64,000 nt of DNA. Origin: an uncultured Desulfovibrio sp. Its GTDB lineage: Bacteria > Desulfobacterota > Desulfovibrionia > Desulfovibrionales > Desulfovibrionaceae. A program made the position numbers and the translations under genes. A model generated the notes under the pieces. That model did no database searches, was not told where the DNA came from, and saw only the letters and a list, made by a program, of their open reading frames with translations. Where the stretch lies: positions 36,622 through 100,621 of the forward strand of contig CAYOCV010000012.1 in NCBI GenBank assembly GCA_964402645.1, given 5' to 3'. Positions 38,844-47,878 of this stretch are shown in pieces (positions within the stretch are counted from its first letter, which is position 1; every line of letters begins with the position of its first letter).

Positions 38844-39926
38844 ATGAAAAAACGTCTAGCCACTGCCCTTGCACTCCTTCTTGTCGGCGCATTCATGGTC
38901 GCTGGCCTCACCCCCCTCTGCGCCAGCGCTGCGGACAAGCCTGAGATCCGCACCAGCGCGCAACCCTGCCTGCACGGCATGCCGTTGTGGTATGCGGAAA
39001 AGGCTGGCTGGCTGGCAAAGGCCCCGTTCACCAACTCCTTCATGCTGTTCGCCTCGGGCGCGCCCCAGGTGGAAGCGCTGGCCGCCAACCAGTGGGACGT
39101 AGGGGCCATGGGCGCCCTGCCCACCATGATGGCCAGCATGCGCTACGGCTACAAGTTCATCGGCATTTCCAACGACGAATCGGAAACCAACGACCTGTGG
39201 GTGCGCCCCGATTCGCCGCTGCTGAAGAACAAGGGCGCCAACCCCAAGTTCCCCGACATCTTCGGCAGCGCCGACGACTGGAAGGGCAAGAAGGTGCTGG
39301 CCACCACCGTGTCCACGGGCCACTACGCCCTCACCGCCACCCTGGCTGCGCTGGGCCTGAAGGACACCGACGTCTCGCTGGTCCATATGGAGCAGGGCCA
39401 GGCCGTCACCGCGTTCAACGCGGGTGAAGGCGACGTGATCCAGCTGTGGGCACCCTTCAGCTACATTGCCGAGGCCAAGGGCTGGAAAAAGGTCTCCTCC
39501 GGCAGCAAGGCCGGGGTGGTCATTCTGGGCGGCATCGGCGTGCGCAAGGACTTTGCCGAAAAGTTCCCCGACCTCGTGGTGGACTGGCTGGACGTGTACA
39601 TGCGCGGCATCGAGATGATGAAGAACGAGCCGGGCAAGAGCGTGGAGCCGCTGCTGAACTACTTCACCGGCTACTGCGGCCTGGAACTGACCCGCGACCA
39701 GGTGGAGAAGGAATTCAAGTACCGTCCCCTGTACGACGTGAACGAACAGGTGCGCCTGCTGGAAGACCCGGCCAAGACCGCCGCGTGGATGGACGGCGTG
39801 GCCAAGTTCATGCTGACCCAGGGCCGTATCACCACCAAGGAATACGACCGCTACGCCAAGAGCAACTACGGGATCGACCCGTCGTTCATGAAGAAGCTGG
39901 CTGAACGCCGCGCCGCCGCGAAATAA
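38844..39926 (+). CDS. ABC transporter substrate-binding protein, NitT/TauT (SsuA/TauA/NMT1-like) family
   Basis: Signal peptide MKKRLATALALLLVGAFMVAG..ASA is followed by an NMT1-like fold pattern. It is followed by TauC/SsuC-like permeases. Confidence 0.8.
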   Translation: MKKRLATALALLLVGAFMVAGLTPLCASAADKPEIRTSAQPCLHGMPLWYAEKAGWLAKAPFTNSFMLFASGAPQVEALAANQWDVGAMGALPTMMASMRYGYKFIGISNDESETNDLWVRPDSPLLKNKGANPKFPDIFGSADDWKGKKVLATTVSTGHYALTATLAALGLKDTDVSLVHMEQGQAVTAFNAGEGDVIQLWAPFSYIAEAKGWKKVSSGSKAGVVILGGIGVRKDFAEKFPDLVVDWLDVYMRGIEMMKNEPGKSVEPLLNYFTGYCGLELTRDQVEKEFKYRPLYDVNEQVRLLEDPAKTAAWMDGVAKFMLTQGRITTKEYDRYAKSNYGIDPSFMKKLAERRAAAK

Positions 39927-40060
39927 GCAGTGCAACCTCCGCCGTCCCCCGGCGCTGCCGCCGGGGGACGGATACGGAAGGCGGCATGATGCCCCGAGCG
40001 ACAGGTTCCGCCCGGCATGGAGCCTGCTGCCCTCCCCTCCACGCGCGACAGGAGTCTAGC

Positions 40061-40900
40061 ATGCAGACCACCACAGACGACGTACAGGACACCGTATCGC
40101 TGGAAGTCGCAAAGGCCGGCTATCTGGCCTCCGCCGCCCGCGAACACTGGATATCCGTCGTCAGCCTGATCGTCTTCCTGATCATCTGGGAACTGATCTG
40201 CCGGTTCGAGATCATCGGCCCCTACCAGTTGGTTCCCCCATCCGAGATCCTTGGCGTCTTCGTGGACAAATTCTCCGAGCCCAATCCCGATGGCGCGCTG
40301 CTGCAAGAGCACGCCTGGGCCAGCCTGTCGCTGGCGCTGGCCGGATTCGGGGCGGCGGTATGCATAGGCGTGCCGCTGGGGCTGCTGATGGGCTGGTACA
40401 AGCCGGTCAACCTGCTGGTGCGCCCGCTGTTCGACGCGGTGCGGCCCATTCCGCCCATCGCCTGGATACCCATCGCCATCCTGTGGCTGGGCATCGGCAT
40501 TCACGCCAAGGCGTTCATCATCTTTCTGGCGGCGTTCGTGCCCTGCGTGATCAACTCGTACACGGGCATCCGCCTGACCAACCCGGTGCTGATCCGCGTT
40601 GCCCGCATCTACGGCGCCTCCAATTTCGAAACCTTCCGCAAGATCGGCGTTCCATCGGCCATTCCCATGGTGTTCACGGGCATCAAGCTGTCGCTCAACG
40701 CCGCGTGGACCACCCTGGTGGCGGCGGAACTGCTGGCCGCATCGCAGGGGCTTGGCTACATGATCCAGCTCGGCCGCAGGCTGGCCCGCCCGGACATCAT
40801 CATCGTGGGCATGCTGGCCATCGGCCTGCTGGGCGCGCTGATGTCGTGGGGGCTGACCAGGATCGAGGCCCGCTTTGCATCCTCCCGGAGGCTCTCATGA
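40061..40900 (+). CDS. ABC transporter permease 1 (TauC/SsuC-like)
   Basis: The block VRPIPPIAWIPIAILWLGIG is typical of NitT/TauT permeases. AGGAG lies before ATG 40061. Confidence 0.85.
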   Translation: MQTTTDDVQDTVSLEVAKAGYLASAAREHWISVVSLIVFLIIWELICRFEIIGPYQLVPPSEILGVFVDKFSEPNPDGALLQEHAWASLSLALAGFGAAVCIGVPLGLLMGWYKPVNLLVRPLFDAVRPIPPIAWIPIAILWLGIGIHAKAFIIFLAAFVPCVINSYTGIRLTNPVLIRVARIYGASNFETFRKIGVPSAIPMVFTGIKLSLNAAWTTLVAAELLAASQGLGYMIQLGRRLARPDIIIVGMLAIGLLGALMSWGLTRIEARFASSRRLS

Positions 40901-41679
40901 TCGGTCGACTCGGCAAGCGGCTGATGCCCGCCGCGCTCACCACCGGATCGCTGCTGGCCTTCGTGGTCTTCTGGCAGGTGGTATCGCTGTACACCAATCC
41001 CGACTTCCTGCCCTCGCCGGGGCGCGTATGGGACGAGGCCGTGCGCCTGTTCCACACCCCCGTGGGCGGCAAGGACATTCTGACCCACGTGGGGTTCAGC
41101 CTCAGGCGCGTGCTTACCGCCTACCTGTGGGCCACCGTGCTGGGGCTGCCGCTGGGCCTGTGCATGGGGTGGAACCGGACGTGCGAAAAGATCGTCTCGC
41201 CCATCTTCGAACTGCTGCGGCCCATTCCGCCCATCGCCTGGATACCCATCGCCATCCTGTGGCTGGGCGTGGCCGAAGGCTCCAAGGTGTTCATCTGCTT
41301 CGTGGGGTCCTTCGTCATCCTGGTGCTGAACTCGTACACCGGCATGCGCTACGTGGACCCGCTGCTCATCGACGCGGCCCGCTCATTCGGGGCGTCGCGC
41401 AGGCAACAGTTCTTCAACGTGGCCGTGCCCGCGTGCCTGCCCTCCATCTTCGCCGGGTTGCAGAACGCGCTGTCCATGGCCTGGATGTGCGTGCTGGCGG
41501 CGGAACTGGTGGGGGCGCGCGAGGGCGTGGGGTTCATCATCATCCAGGGCATGGACCTGAACCGCCCGCCCATGATCCTTGTAGGCATGATCCTGATCGG
41601 CATCGTGGGTTCGCTGCTGGCGGCCTCGCTGCGCTGGGCGGAACGGGCGCTGTGCCCCTGGCGGAGGGAGCTGGTATGA
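40897..41679 (+). CDS. ABC transporter permease 2 (TauC/SsuC-like paralog)
   Basis: LRPIPPIAWIPIAILWLGVA is present. The start has an ATGA overlap with permease 1. Confidence 0.85.
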   Translation: MIGRLGKRLMPAALTTGSLLAFVVFWQVVSLYTNPDFLPSPGRVWDEAVRLFHTPVGGKDILTHVGFSLRRVLTAYLWATVLGLPLGLCMGWNRTCEKIVSPIFELLRPIPPIAWIPIAILWLGVAEGSKVFICFVGSFVILVLNSYTGMRYVDPLLIDAARSFGASRRQQFFNVAVPACLPSIFAGLQNALSMAWMCVLAAELVGAREGVGFIIIQGMDLNRPPMILVGMILIGIVGSLLAASLRWAERALCPWRRELV

Positions 41680-42443
41680 CCGGGCAGACTGCCAAGATCG
41701 AATGCCGCGACCTGTCAAAGGCCTTTCACGTGCCGGGGCAGGACCAGCGGCTGCTGGTTCTCGACCGCGTGTCGCTGTCGGTGCGCGAAAACGAATTCCT
41801 GGTTGTCCTGGGGCCGGGCCAATGCGGCAAGACCGTGCTGCTCAACTGCATCGCCGGGCTCATCGAACCTTCTGCCGGGCAGGTGCTGCTGGACGGCACG
41901 CCGGTCACCAGGCCGGGCCCGGACCGGGCCATGGTCTTCCAGCGCTACGCCCTGATGCCGTGGAAGACCGTGGAGCACAACGTGGCCTTCGGCCTGGCCG
42001 TGCGCGGCGTCCCCGTGAAGGAGCGGCTGGCTGCGGCCCACCACTACATCGACCTTGTGGGGTTGAAGGGCTTTGAAAAGGCCTACCCGGAACAGCTTTC
42101 CGGCGGCATGAAGCAGCGCGTGGGCATTGCCCGCGCCTACGCCAACGCCCCGGACATCCTGCTGATGGACGAACCCTTCGGCGCGCTGGACGCCCAGACC
42201 CGCTACGCCATGGAGCAGGACCTGCGCTCCATCTGGGAAAAGGAAAAGCGCACGGTCATCTTCGTCACCAACAACATCGAAGAGGCCATCTACCTGGGCG
42301 ACAGGATACTGGTCATGTCCGTGCTGCCCGGCAGGGTCAAGGCGGAATACGACATTGGCATCCCCTCGCCACGCAACTACACCGACCCTGCTTTTCTCAC
42401 CTACAGAAAGCAGATCTCCAACGCCACGGACCTTTCCCTATAG
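41676..42443 (+). CDS. ABC transporter ATP-binding protein 1 (TauB/SsuB-like)
   Basis: GPGQCGKT, MVFQRYALMPWKTV, LSGGMKQRVGIARA and LLMDEPFGALD are present. The start has an ATGA overlap with permease 2. Confidence 0.9.
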   Translation: MTGQTAKIECRDLSKAFHVPGQDQRLLVLDRVSLSVRENEFLVVLGPGQCGKTVLLNCIAGLIEPSAGQVLLDGTPVTRPGPDRAMVFQRYALMPWKTVEHNVAFGLAVRGVPVKERLAAAHHYIDLVGLKGFEKAYPEQLSGGMKQRVGIARAYANAPDILLMDEPFGALDAQTRYAMEQDLRSIWEKEKRTVIFVTNNIEEAIYLGDRILVMSVLPGRVKAEYDIGIPSPRNYTDPAFLTYRKQISNATDLSL

Positions 42444-42453
42444 GAGACATGTC

Positions 42454-43227
42454 ATGGAGACTGCCGCCACGTATCCTTACGCCCAGAACCGCAAGGTCAA
42501 GGTGCAGGTGGAAAACCTCACCAAGTGTTACGACGACCTGCTGGTGCTCGATAAGATCAACTTCGACATCTATCAGGGCGAACTGCTGTGCATCGTGGGC
42601 CCCACGGGCTGCGGCAAGACCACGTTCCTGAATTGCCTTTCACAGTTCATCCCCATGACGGAAGGCTCCATCCTGGTGGACGGCGTGCCTGCCTCGCCGG
42701 AAATCCACAACATCGCCTTCGTGTTCCAGGAGGTGTCCGCCATCCCCTGGCTGACGGTGGAGGACAACATCCGCTTCGGCCTGCGCATCAAGCGCCTGCC
42801 GGAGGCGGAGATAGAGCGGCGCACCGAGCGCATGCTCGACCTGGTGGGCCTGCGCAAGTACCGCACCTATTTCCCGCAGCAGCTTTCGGCCAGCATGGAG
42901 CAGCGCGTGGTCATCGCGCGCAACTTCGCCATCAACCCCGACCTGCTGCTGATGGACGAGCCTTACGGCCAACTGGACGTGAAGCTGCGCTACTACCTGG
43001 AGGACGAGCTGATCCGCATCTGGAAGGAGCTGGGCAGCACGGTGGCCTTCATCACCCACAACATCGAAGAAGCCATCTACCTTGCCGAACGCATCCTGAT
43101 CCTGTCGCCCAAGCCCTCCACCATCAAGGAGGAGGTCATCGTGGATCTGCCCCGCCCCCGCCAGTACGACGACCCAGAATTCGTCCGGCTGCGCGAGTAC
43201 GTGACTGAACGCATCAAGTGGTGGTAG
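42454..43227 (+). CDS. ABC transporter ATP-binding protein 2 with degenerate signature motif
   Basis: GPTGCGKT and LLMDEPYGQLD are present. The signature position reads LSASMEQRVVIARN instead of LSGGxxQR. TAGGAGA lies before ATG 42454. Confidence 0.85.
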   Translation: METAATYPYAQNRKVKVQVENLTKCYDDLLVLDKINFDIYQGELLCIVGPTGCGKTTFLNCLSQFIPMTEGSILVDGVPASPEIHNIAFVFQEVSAIPWLTVEDNIRFGLRIKRLPEAEIERRTERMLDLVGLRKYRTYFPQQLSASMEQRVVIARNFAINPDLLLMDEPYGQLDVKLRYYLEDELIRIWKELGSTVAFITHNIEEAIYLAERILILSPKPSTIKEEVIVDLPRPRQYDDPEFVRLREYVTERIKWW

Positions 43228-43446
43228 GCCGCCCGCCCGTCCCTTTGCCCGCAACAGGCGGATGGACGGCGTCCCGCCATTGTTTCCCGGTATTCCCCAA
43301 GGTTTGAGTTCATCGCGGTGCTTATCGTCCGTGCCGTCTCACCGGCCCCTTTTGGCCCGCTTGGCCACATTCCGGAGAGCGCGACGGGCGCAACGTCAAA
43401 CCGGGTCCGCGCAGTGTGCGGACAACGCCTGCCAGGGAGAAACGTC

Positions 43447-44307
43447 ATGCATATCGGATTCATCGGAGCAGGGCTGATGGGAGGACCGCTGGCCCGCAAT
43501 CTCATCCGGGCCGGAAAGAACGTACTGGTCTACGACCTGAGCGCAGAGGCCGCCGCGCGCACCGCAGGCGTGGGGCCCACCGGGCGCACCGCCGCCGCGC
43601 TGGCCGACCTGGCCGGGTGCGATCTTGTCTTCACCAGCCTGCCCCTGCCCGCCCACGTGGAAGGCGTGATGCTGGGCGACGACGGGCTGCTGCAACGGCT
43701 GAAGCCCGGCGCCATCCATGTGGAGCTGAGCACCATCGATCCGCAGACCTCGGCCCGACTGGAGGCCGCCGCCAAGGCCAGAGGCTGCGCCTTCCTGCAA
43801 TGCACCCTGGGCAAGACGCCCGCCCACGCGGAAAAGGCCGAGGAACCCATGTTCATCGGCGGCGACCAGGCCGTGTTCGACAGCCTGGCCGACATCTGGC
43901 CGATCATCGGCAGCCCTGCCTACTACATGGGCGGCGTGGCCGCCTCGTGCGCGGTCAAGCTGATCAGCAACATGGTGGGCATGACCAACCTGGCCGTGCT
44001 GGCCGAGGGCCTGCGCATTGGCGAAAAGGCGGGCATCGAGCGCGGCGCGCTCATCGCGCTGCTGCAGGATACCGGCGCGCGCAGCTTTCAGATGGACGTG
44101 CGCGGCCCGTGGATTGCCGCCGACGACTACGCCAACCGCTTCGGTCTCGACCTTGCCCTGAAGGACGTGCGCCTGGGCTGCGAGATGGCCGCCGCCTGGG
44201 GCATGAAGATCCCGGCCATGTCCGCCGCGCTGGAAACCTTCCGGCGCGCCAGCGCTGCCGGGCTGGGGCGCGAAGACTGCAACGCCGTGTACAAGGCGAC
44301 CGAATAA
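43447..44307 (+). CDS. Beta-hydroxyacid dehydrogenase (HIBADH/YihU/GarR family)
   Basis: MHIGFIGAGLMGGPLARNL (GxGxxG) is present, with a central lysine block (CTLGKTPAHAE) and a helical C-terminal domain. GGGAGA lies before the ATG. Confidence 0.85.
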   Translation: MHIGFIGAGLMGGPLARNLIRAGKNVLVYDLSAEAAARTAGVGPTGRTAAALADLAGCDLVFTSLPLPAHVEGVMLGDDGLLQRLKPGAIHVELSTIDPQTSARLEAAAKARGCAFLQCTLGKTPAHAEKAEEPMFIGGDQAVFDSLADIWPIIGSPAYYMGGVAASCAVKLISNMVGMTNLAVLAEGLRIGEKAGIERGALIALLQDTGARSFQMDVRGPWIAADDYANRFGLDLALKDVRLGCEMAAAWGMKIPAMSAALETFRRASAAGLGREDCNAVYKATE

Positions 44308-44401
44308 CCACGGATCCCACGAACCCCAGGGACTGGGGACGCGACGCCCCCATCCTTTTCGTACTGGCTTCCGCAGCATCCGGAACCTGAAAGGAGCTAC
44401 C

Positions 44402-45856
44402 ATGTTGAGTAATCCCGAATTGATGCGTCAGGCATGCTACATCGACGGCGCGTGGGTGGGGGCCGACGGCGGCGCCACCATTGCCGTACACAACCCCGCC
44501 ACCGGGGCGCAGCTGGGCACGGTGCCCGCATGCGGCACGGCGGAAACCGCCCGCGCCATCGCCGCCGCCGCCAGCGCCTGGCCTGCCTGGCGCGCCATGA
44601 CCGCCCTGCAGCGGGCGGACATCATGCTGCGCTGGCGCGACCTGATCATGCAGAACCAGGACGACCTGGCCAAACTGATGACCCTTGAACAGGGCAAGCC
44701 CCTGCCCGAAGCGCGCGGCGAAATCGGCTTCGCGTGCAGCTTCCTGCGCTGGTTCGCGGAAGAAGCCCGCCGCATGTACGGCGACATCGTGCCCGCCCCG
44801 TGGCCGGGCAAGCGCATCCTGGTCACCCGCGAACCGGTGGGCGTGGTGGGCATCATCACCCCCTGGAACTTCCCCACGGCCATGATCGGCCGCAAGGTGG
44901 GCGCGGCCTTTGCCGCCGGGTGCCCGGTGGTCATCAAGCCCGCCAGCCAGACCCCCTATTCCGCGCTGGCCCTGGCCGGGCTGGCCGAGCAGGCGGGCGT
45001 GCCCAAGGGCGTATTCAACGTCATCACCGGCTCCGCCCGCGAGATCGGCGGCGAGATGACATCCAACCCCGCCGTGCGCAAGATAAGCTTCACCGGGTCC
45101 ACCGAGGTGGGCAAGGAACTGATCCGCCAGTGCGCCTCCACGGTGAAGAAGGTGTCCATGGAGCTTGGGGGCAACGCGCCGTTCCTCATCTTTGACGACG
45201 CGGACATCGACCTTGCCATCGTCGGGGCCATGGCCAGCAAATACCGCAACACCGGTCAGACCTGCATCTGCGCCAACCGCTTCTACGTGCAGGAAGGCGT
45301 GTACGACCTGTTCGTGCAGAAGCTGACCGTGGCCGTTTCCGCCCTGAAGGTGGGCAACGGGATGGACGACGGCGTGACCCAGGGGCCGCTCATCGACGGC
45401 AAGGCGCTGGCCAAGGTGGAAGCGCAGGTCAAGGACGCCCTGGCCAAGGGCGGCACCCTGGTCTGCGGCGGCAACCGGCACAGCATGGGCGGCAACTTCT
45501 TCGAGCCCACGATCATTGCCGGGGCCACCCCGGACATGGCCTTCGCCAGGGAGGAAACCTTCGGCCCGCTGGCCCCGGTGTTCCGCTTCAAGACCGAGGA
45601 AGAGGCCATCGCCATGGCCAACGACACGGAATTCGGCCTTGCGGCCTACGTCTACACCCGTGACCTTGGCGCGGCCTTCCGCGTGTCCGGGGCGCTGGAA
45701 TACGGTCTGGTGGGCGTGAACGAAAGCCTCATCTCCACCTGCGAGGCCCCCTTCGGCGGCGTGAAGGAAAGCGGCATGGGCCGCGAAGGTTCGCGCCACG
45801 GCCTCGATGACTACACGGTGATCAAGTACACCTGCATGGGCGGTCTTGGCGGCTAG
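44402..45856 (+). CDS. NAD(P)+ aldehyde dehydrogenase, GabD/SlaB-like (succinate-semialdehyde dehydrogenase subfamily)
   Basis: ITPWNFP, FTGSTEVG, catalytic MELGGNAP and GQTCICANR, and EETFGPL are present. The overall pattern is strongly GabD-like. Confidence 0.9.
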   Translation: MLSNPELMRQACYIDGAWVGADGGATIAVHNPATGAQLGTVPACGTAETARAIAAAASAWPAWRAMTALQRADIMLRWRDLIMQNQDDLAKLMTLEQGKPLPEARGEIGFACSFLRWFAEEARRMYGDIVPAPWPGKRILVTREPVGVVGIITPWNFPTAMIGRKVGAAFAAGCPVVIKPASQTPYSALALAGLAEQAGVPKGVFNVITGSAREIGGEMTSNPAVRKISFTGSTEVGKELIRQCASTVKKVSMELGGNAPFLIFDDADIDLAIVGAMASKYRNTGQTCICANRFYVQEGVYDLFVQKLTVAVSALKVGNGMDDGVTQGPLIDGKALAKVEAQVKDALAKGGTLVCGGNRHSMGGNFFEPTIIAGATPDMAFAREETFGPLAPVFRFKTEEEAIAMANDTEFGLAAYVYTRDLGAAFRVSGALEYGLVGVNESLISTCEAPFGGVKESGMGREGSRHGLDDYTVIKYTCMGGLGG

Positions 45857-45951
45857 AGACTGTCCGGACCGTGCCCGTTGCGAGGCCGCAAGGCCGGGAT
45901 GGCGGCCCCGCAACGGATGGCACCACGGCCCAGCCGCTGTATGATCCGCCG

Positions 45952-45983
45952 GTCGGGCATGCGAAGCGACGCGCATGCCCGAC
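45952..45983 (+). terminator. 12-bp perfect hairpin after the aldehyde dehydrogenase
   Basis: gtcgggcatgcg-aagcgacg-cgcatgcccgac. No strong T-run follows. Confidence 0.45.
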
Positions 45984-46244
45984 CCTCTTGTCCAGAAAAT
46001 TTGCGGTCCAGAGAATCTGCAATCCGGGAAACCCTCAGCCCGGCGGCCCGTACCGCCAGAGGGTGACCCACTGGGCGGGCGCGCCCACATGCTGGCCCGT
46101 GCAGGGCGTGCCCGTCTTTCCTTCCCCCCCGCCTTGGCCTATATCTGGCCATGGCGGAGTGCAATCGCCGCCCCCTGCCCCCGGCCATGCCGCCCCTTCC
46201 GGCGCCGGGCGGAGAATGACCGATCCCTCTGCCAAGGGAGCGAC

Positions 46245-47624
46245 ATGCTTTCGGAATACCTCGACCAGTTGCTGGACACCTTCAAGGACGCCATCTGCAT
46301 CACCGACCGCGAGGGGACCATCGTGTACCTCAACCGGCGGCACAGCGAACTGACCGGCATCCCGAAGGAGGATCTGCTCGGCAAGTCGGCCATCGAGATG
46401 ATGCGCCACGGCGTGTTCGACGTGGTGCTCAACCCCGAAATCGTCAAGACCCGCCAGGGCACCACGTCCATCCAGAACATTTCCAATGGCCGCAAGCTGT
46501 TCCTTGACGGCAGCCCCATCCTCGACCGCCAGGGCGAGGTGGTCTACGTGGTCACCTTCATGCGCGACGTGACCACCCTGGTGGAACTGAAGCGCGAACT
46601 GGCCTCGCAAAAGGAACTGCTGGACACCTTCCAGAGCCTGAGCAGCGCAAGCCCGGAGCGCACCGAAAACTATCCGGTGATGCTGCACAGCACTGTCATG
46701 CGCACCATATGCGAGCAGTTGGAAGGCATCGCCGAAACCGACGCCACCGCACTGCTGCTGGGCGACACGGGGGTGGGCAAGGACGTGCTGGCCCGGCGGC
46801 TGCACGCCATCAGCCCGCGCGCGGGCAAGCCGTTCATCAAGGCGGACTGCGCCAGCATACCCGCCAACCTCATCGAGACGGAGCTGTTCGGCTACACGCC
46901 GGGCACCTTTTCCGGCGGCAACAGGCACGGCAAGATGGGCCTCATAGAGGCCGCCGCCGGGGGCACCCTGTTCCTTGACGAGATCGGCGAACTGCCCATG
47001 TCCATGCAGTCGCGCCTGCTGCGCCTGCTGCAGGACCGGGAAGTGATGCGCGTGGGTTCCACCACCTCCGCGCGGGTGGACGTGCGCATCGTGGCTGCCA
47101 CCAACAAGGACCTGGAAAAGGAAGTGCGCGACGGGCGCTTTCGCAGCGACCTGTACTACCGCCTGAAGGTGGCGGTGATCCGCATCCCCCCGCTGCGCCA
47201 GCGCAAGGCGGACATCGTGCCCCTGGCGCAGGGCTTCCTGCGGTTCTACTGCGCAAAGTACCGCCGCAACCTCACCCTGTCGCCCCTGGCCGAGGACGCC
47301 CTGCGCGGCCATCACTGGCCCGGCAACGTGCGCGAACTGGAAAACCTGATCCAGGGCCTTGTGGTCACTTGCAAGCGCCCCGCCATCGAACCGCGCGACC
47401 TGCCCTTTGTCCGCACCGCGCCGCTCAGGACAGGCCCCTGCCTGGACACGGGGCCGGGGGTGGACATCGAGGGGCGCAGCTTCAAGGACATCATGCATGA
47501 ACTGGAAGGACGCGTGCTGCGCCATGCGTTGGCCCGTTACGGCACCATTGCCGAGGTGGCCAAGCAGTTCAGCGTGGACCGCAGCACCATCTTCCGCAAG
47601 CTGAAGGACGGGCAGGACGACTAG
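46245..47624 (+). CDS. Sigma-54-dependent transcriptional activator with PAS sensor (paralog of 13370..14791)
   Basis: PAS region (ICITDREGTIVYLNRRHSELTG). AAA+ domain with LLLGDTGVGKD, ETELFGY, GTFSGG and LFLDEIGEL. HTH VAKQFSVDRSTIFRKLK. AAGGGAG lies before ATG 46245. Confidence 0.9.
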   Translation: MLSEYLDQLLDTFKDAICITDREGTIVYLNRRHSELTGIPKEDLLGKSAIEMMRHGVFDVVLNPEIVKTRQGTTSIQNISNGRKLFLDGSPILDRQGEVVYVVTFMRDVTTLVELKRELASQKELLDTFQSLSSASPERTENYPVMLHSTVMRTICEQLEGIAETDATALLLGDTGVGKDVLARRLHAISPRAGKPFIKADCASIPANLIETELFGYTPGTFSGGNRHGKMGLIEAAAGGTLFLDEIGELPMSMQSRLLRLLQDREVMRVGSTTSARVDVRIVAATNKDLEKEVRDGRFRSDLYYRLKVAVIRIPPLRQRKADIVPLAQGFLRFYCAKYRRNLTLSPLAEDALRGHHWPGNVRELENLIQGLVVTCKRPAIEPRDLPFVRTAPLRTGPCLDTGPGVDIEGRSFKDIMHELEGRVLRHALARYGTIAEVAKQFSVDRSTIFRKLKDGQDD

Positions 47625-47631
47625 CCCGGCC

Positions 47632-47676
47632 AGGGGATGCGGGGGTTGCGGGAGTTGCGGGGGATGCGGGGGATGC
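47632..47676. repeat. G-rich 9-bp tandem repeat (5 copies of GGGGRWTGC)
   Basis: aggggatgc gggggttgc gggagttgc gggggatgc gggggatgc, beginning 8 nt after the activator stop codon. Confidence 0.8.
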
Positions 47677-47878
47677 CGGTGGCCAGCCGGGAGGCGCCCG
47701 CCTTCCCCCCCCTGAAGCCGCGATCCGTACTTCACCCTTCGCCCCCCAACCGCATTGCCGTTTGCGCCGGAACGGGCGGCGAGCGCCCCCGCACGCCACG
47801 CCCAGCGCCGCTCACGGCCTTGCGCTGGCGGGGTTCTTCTGGCACTGGCAAGGGAACATTCCGCGACAAGGAGAACGC

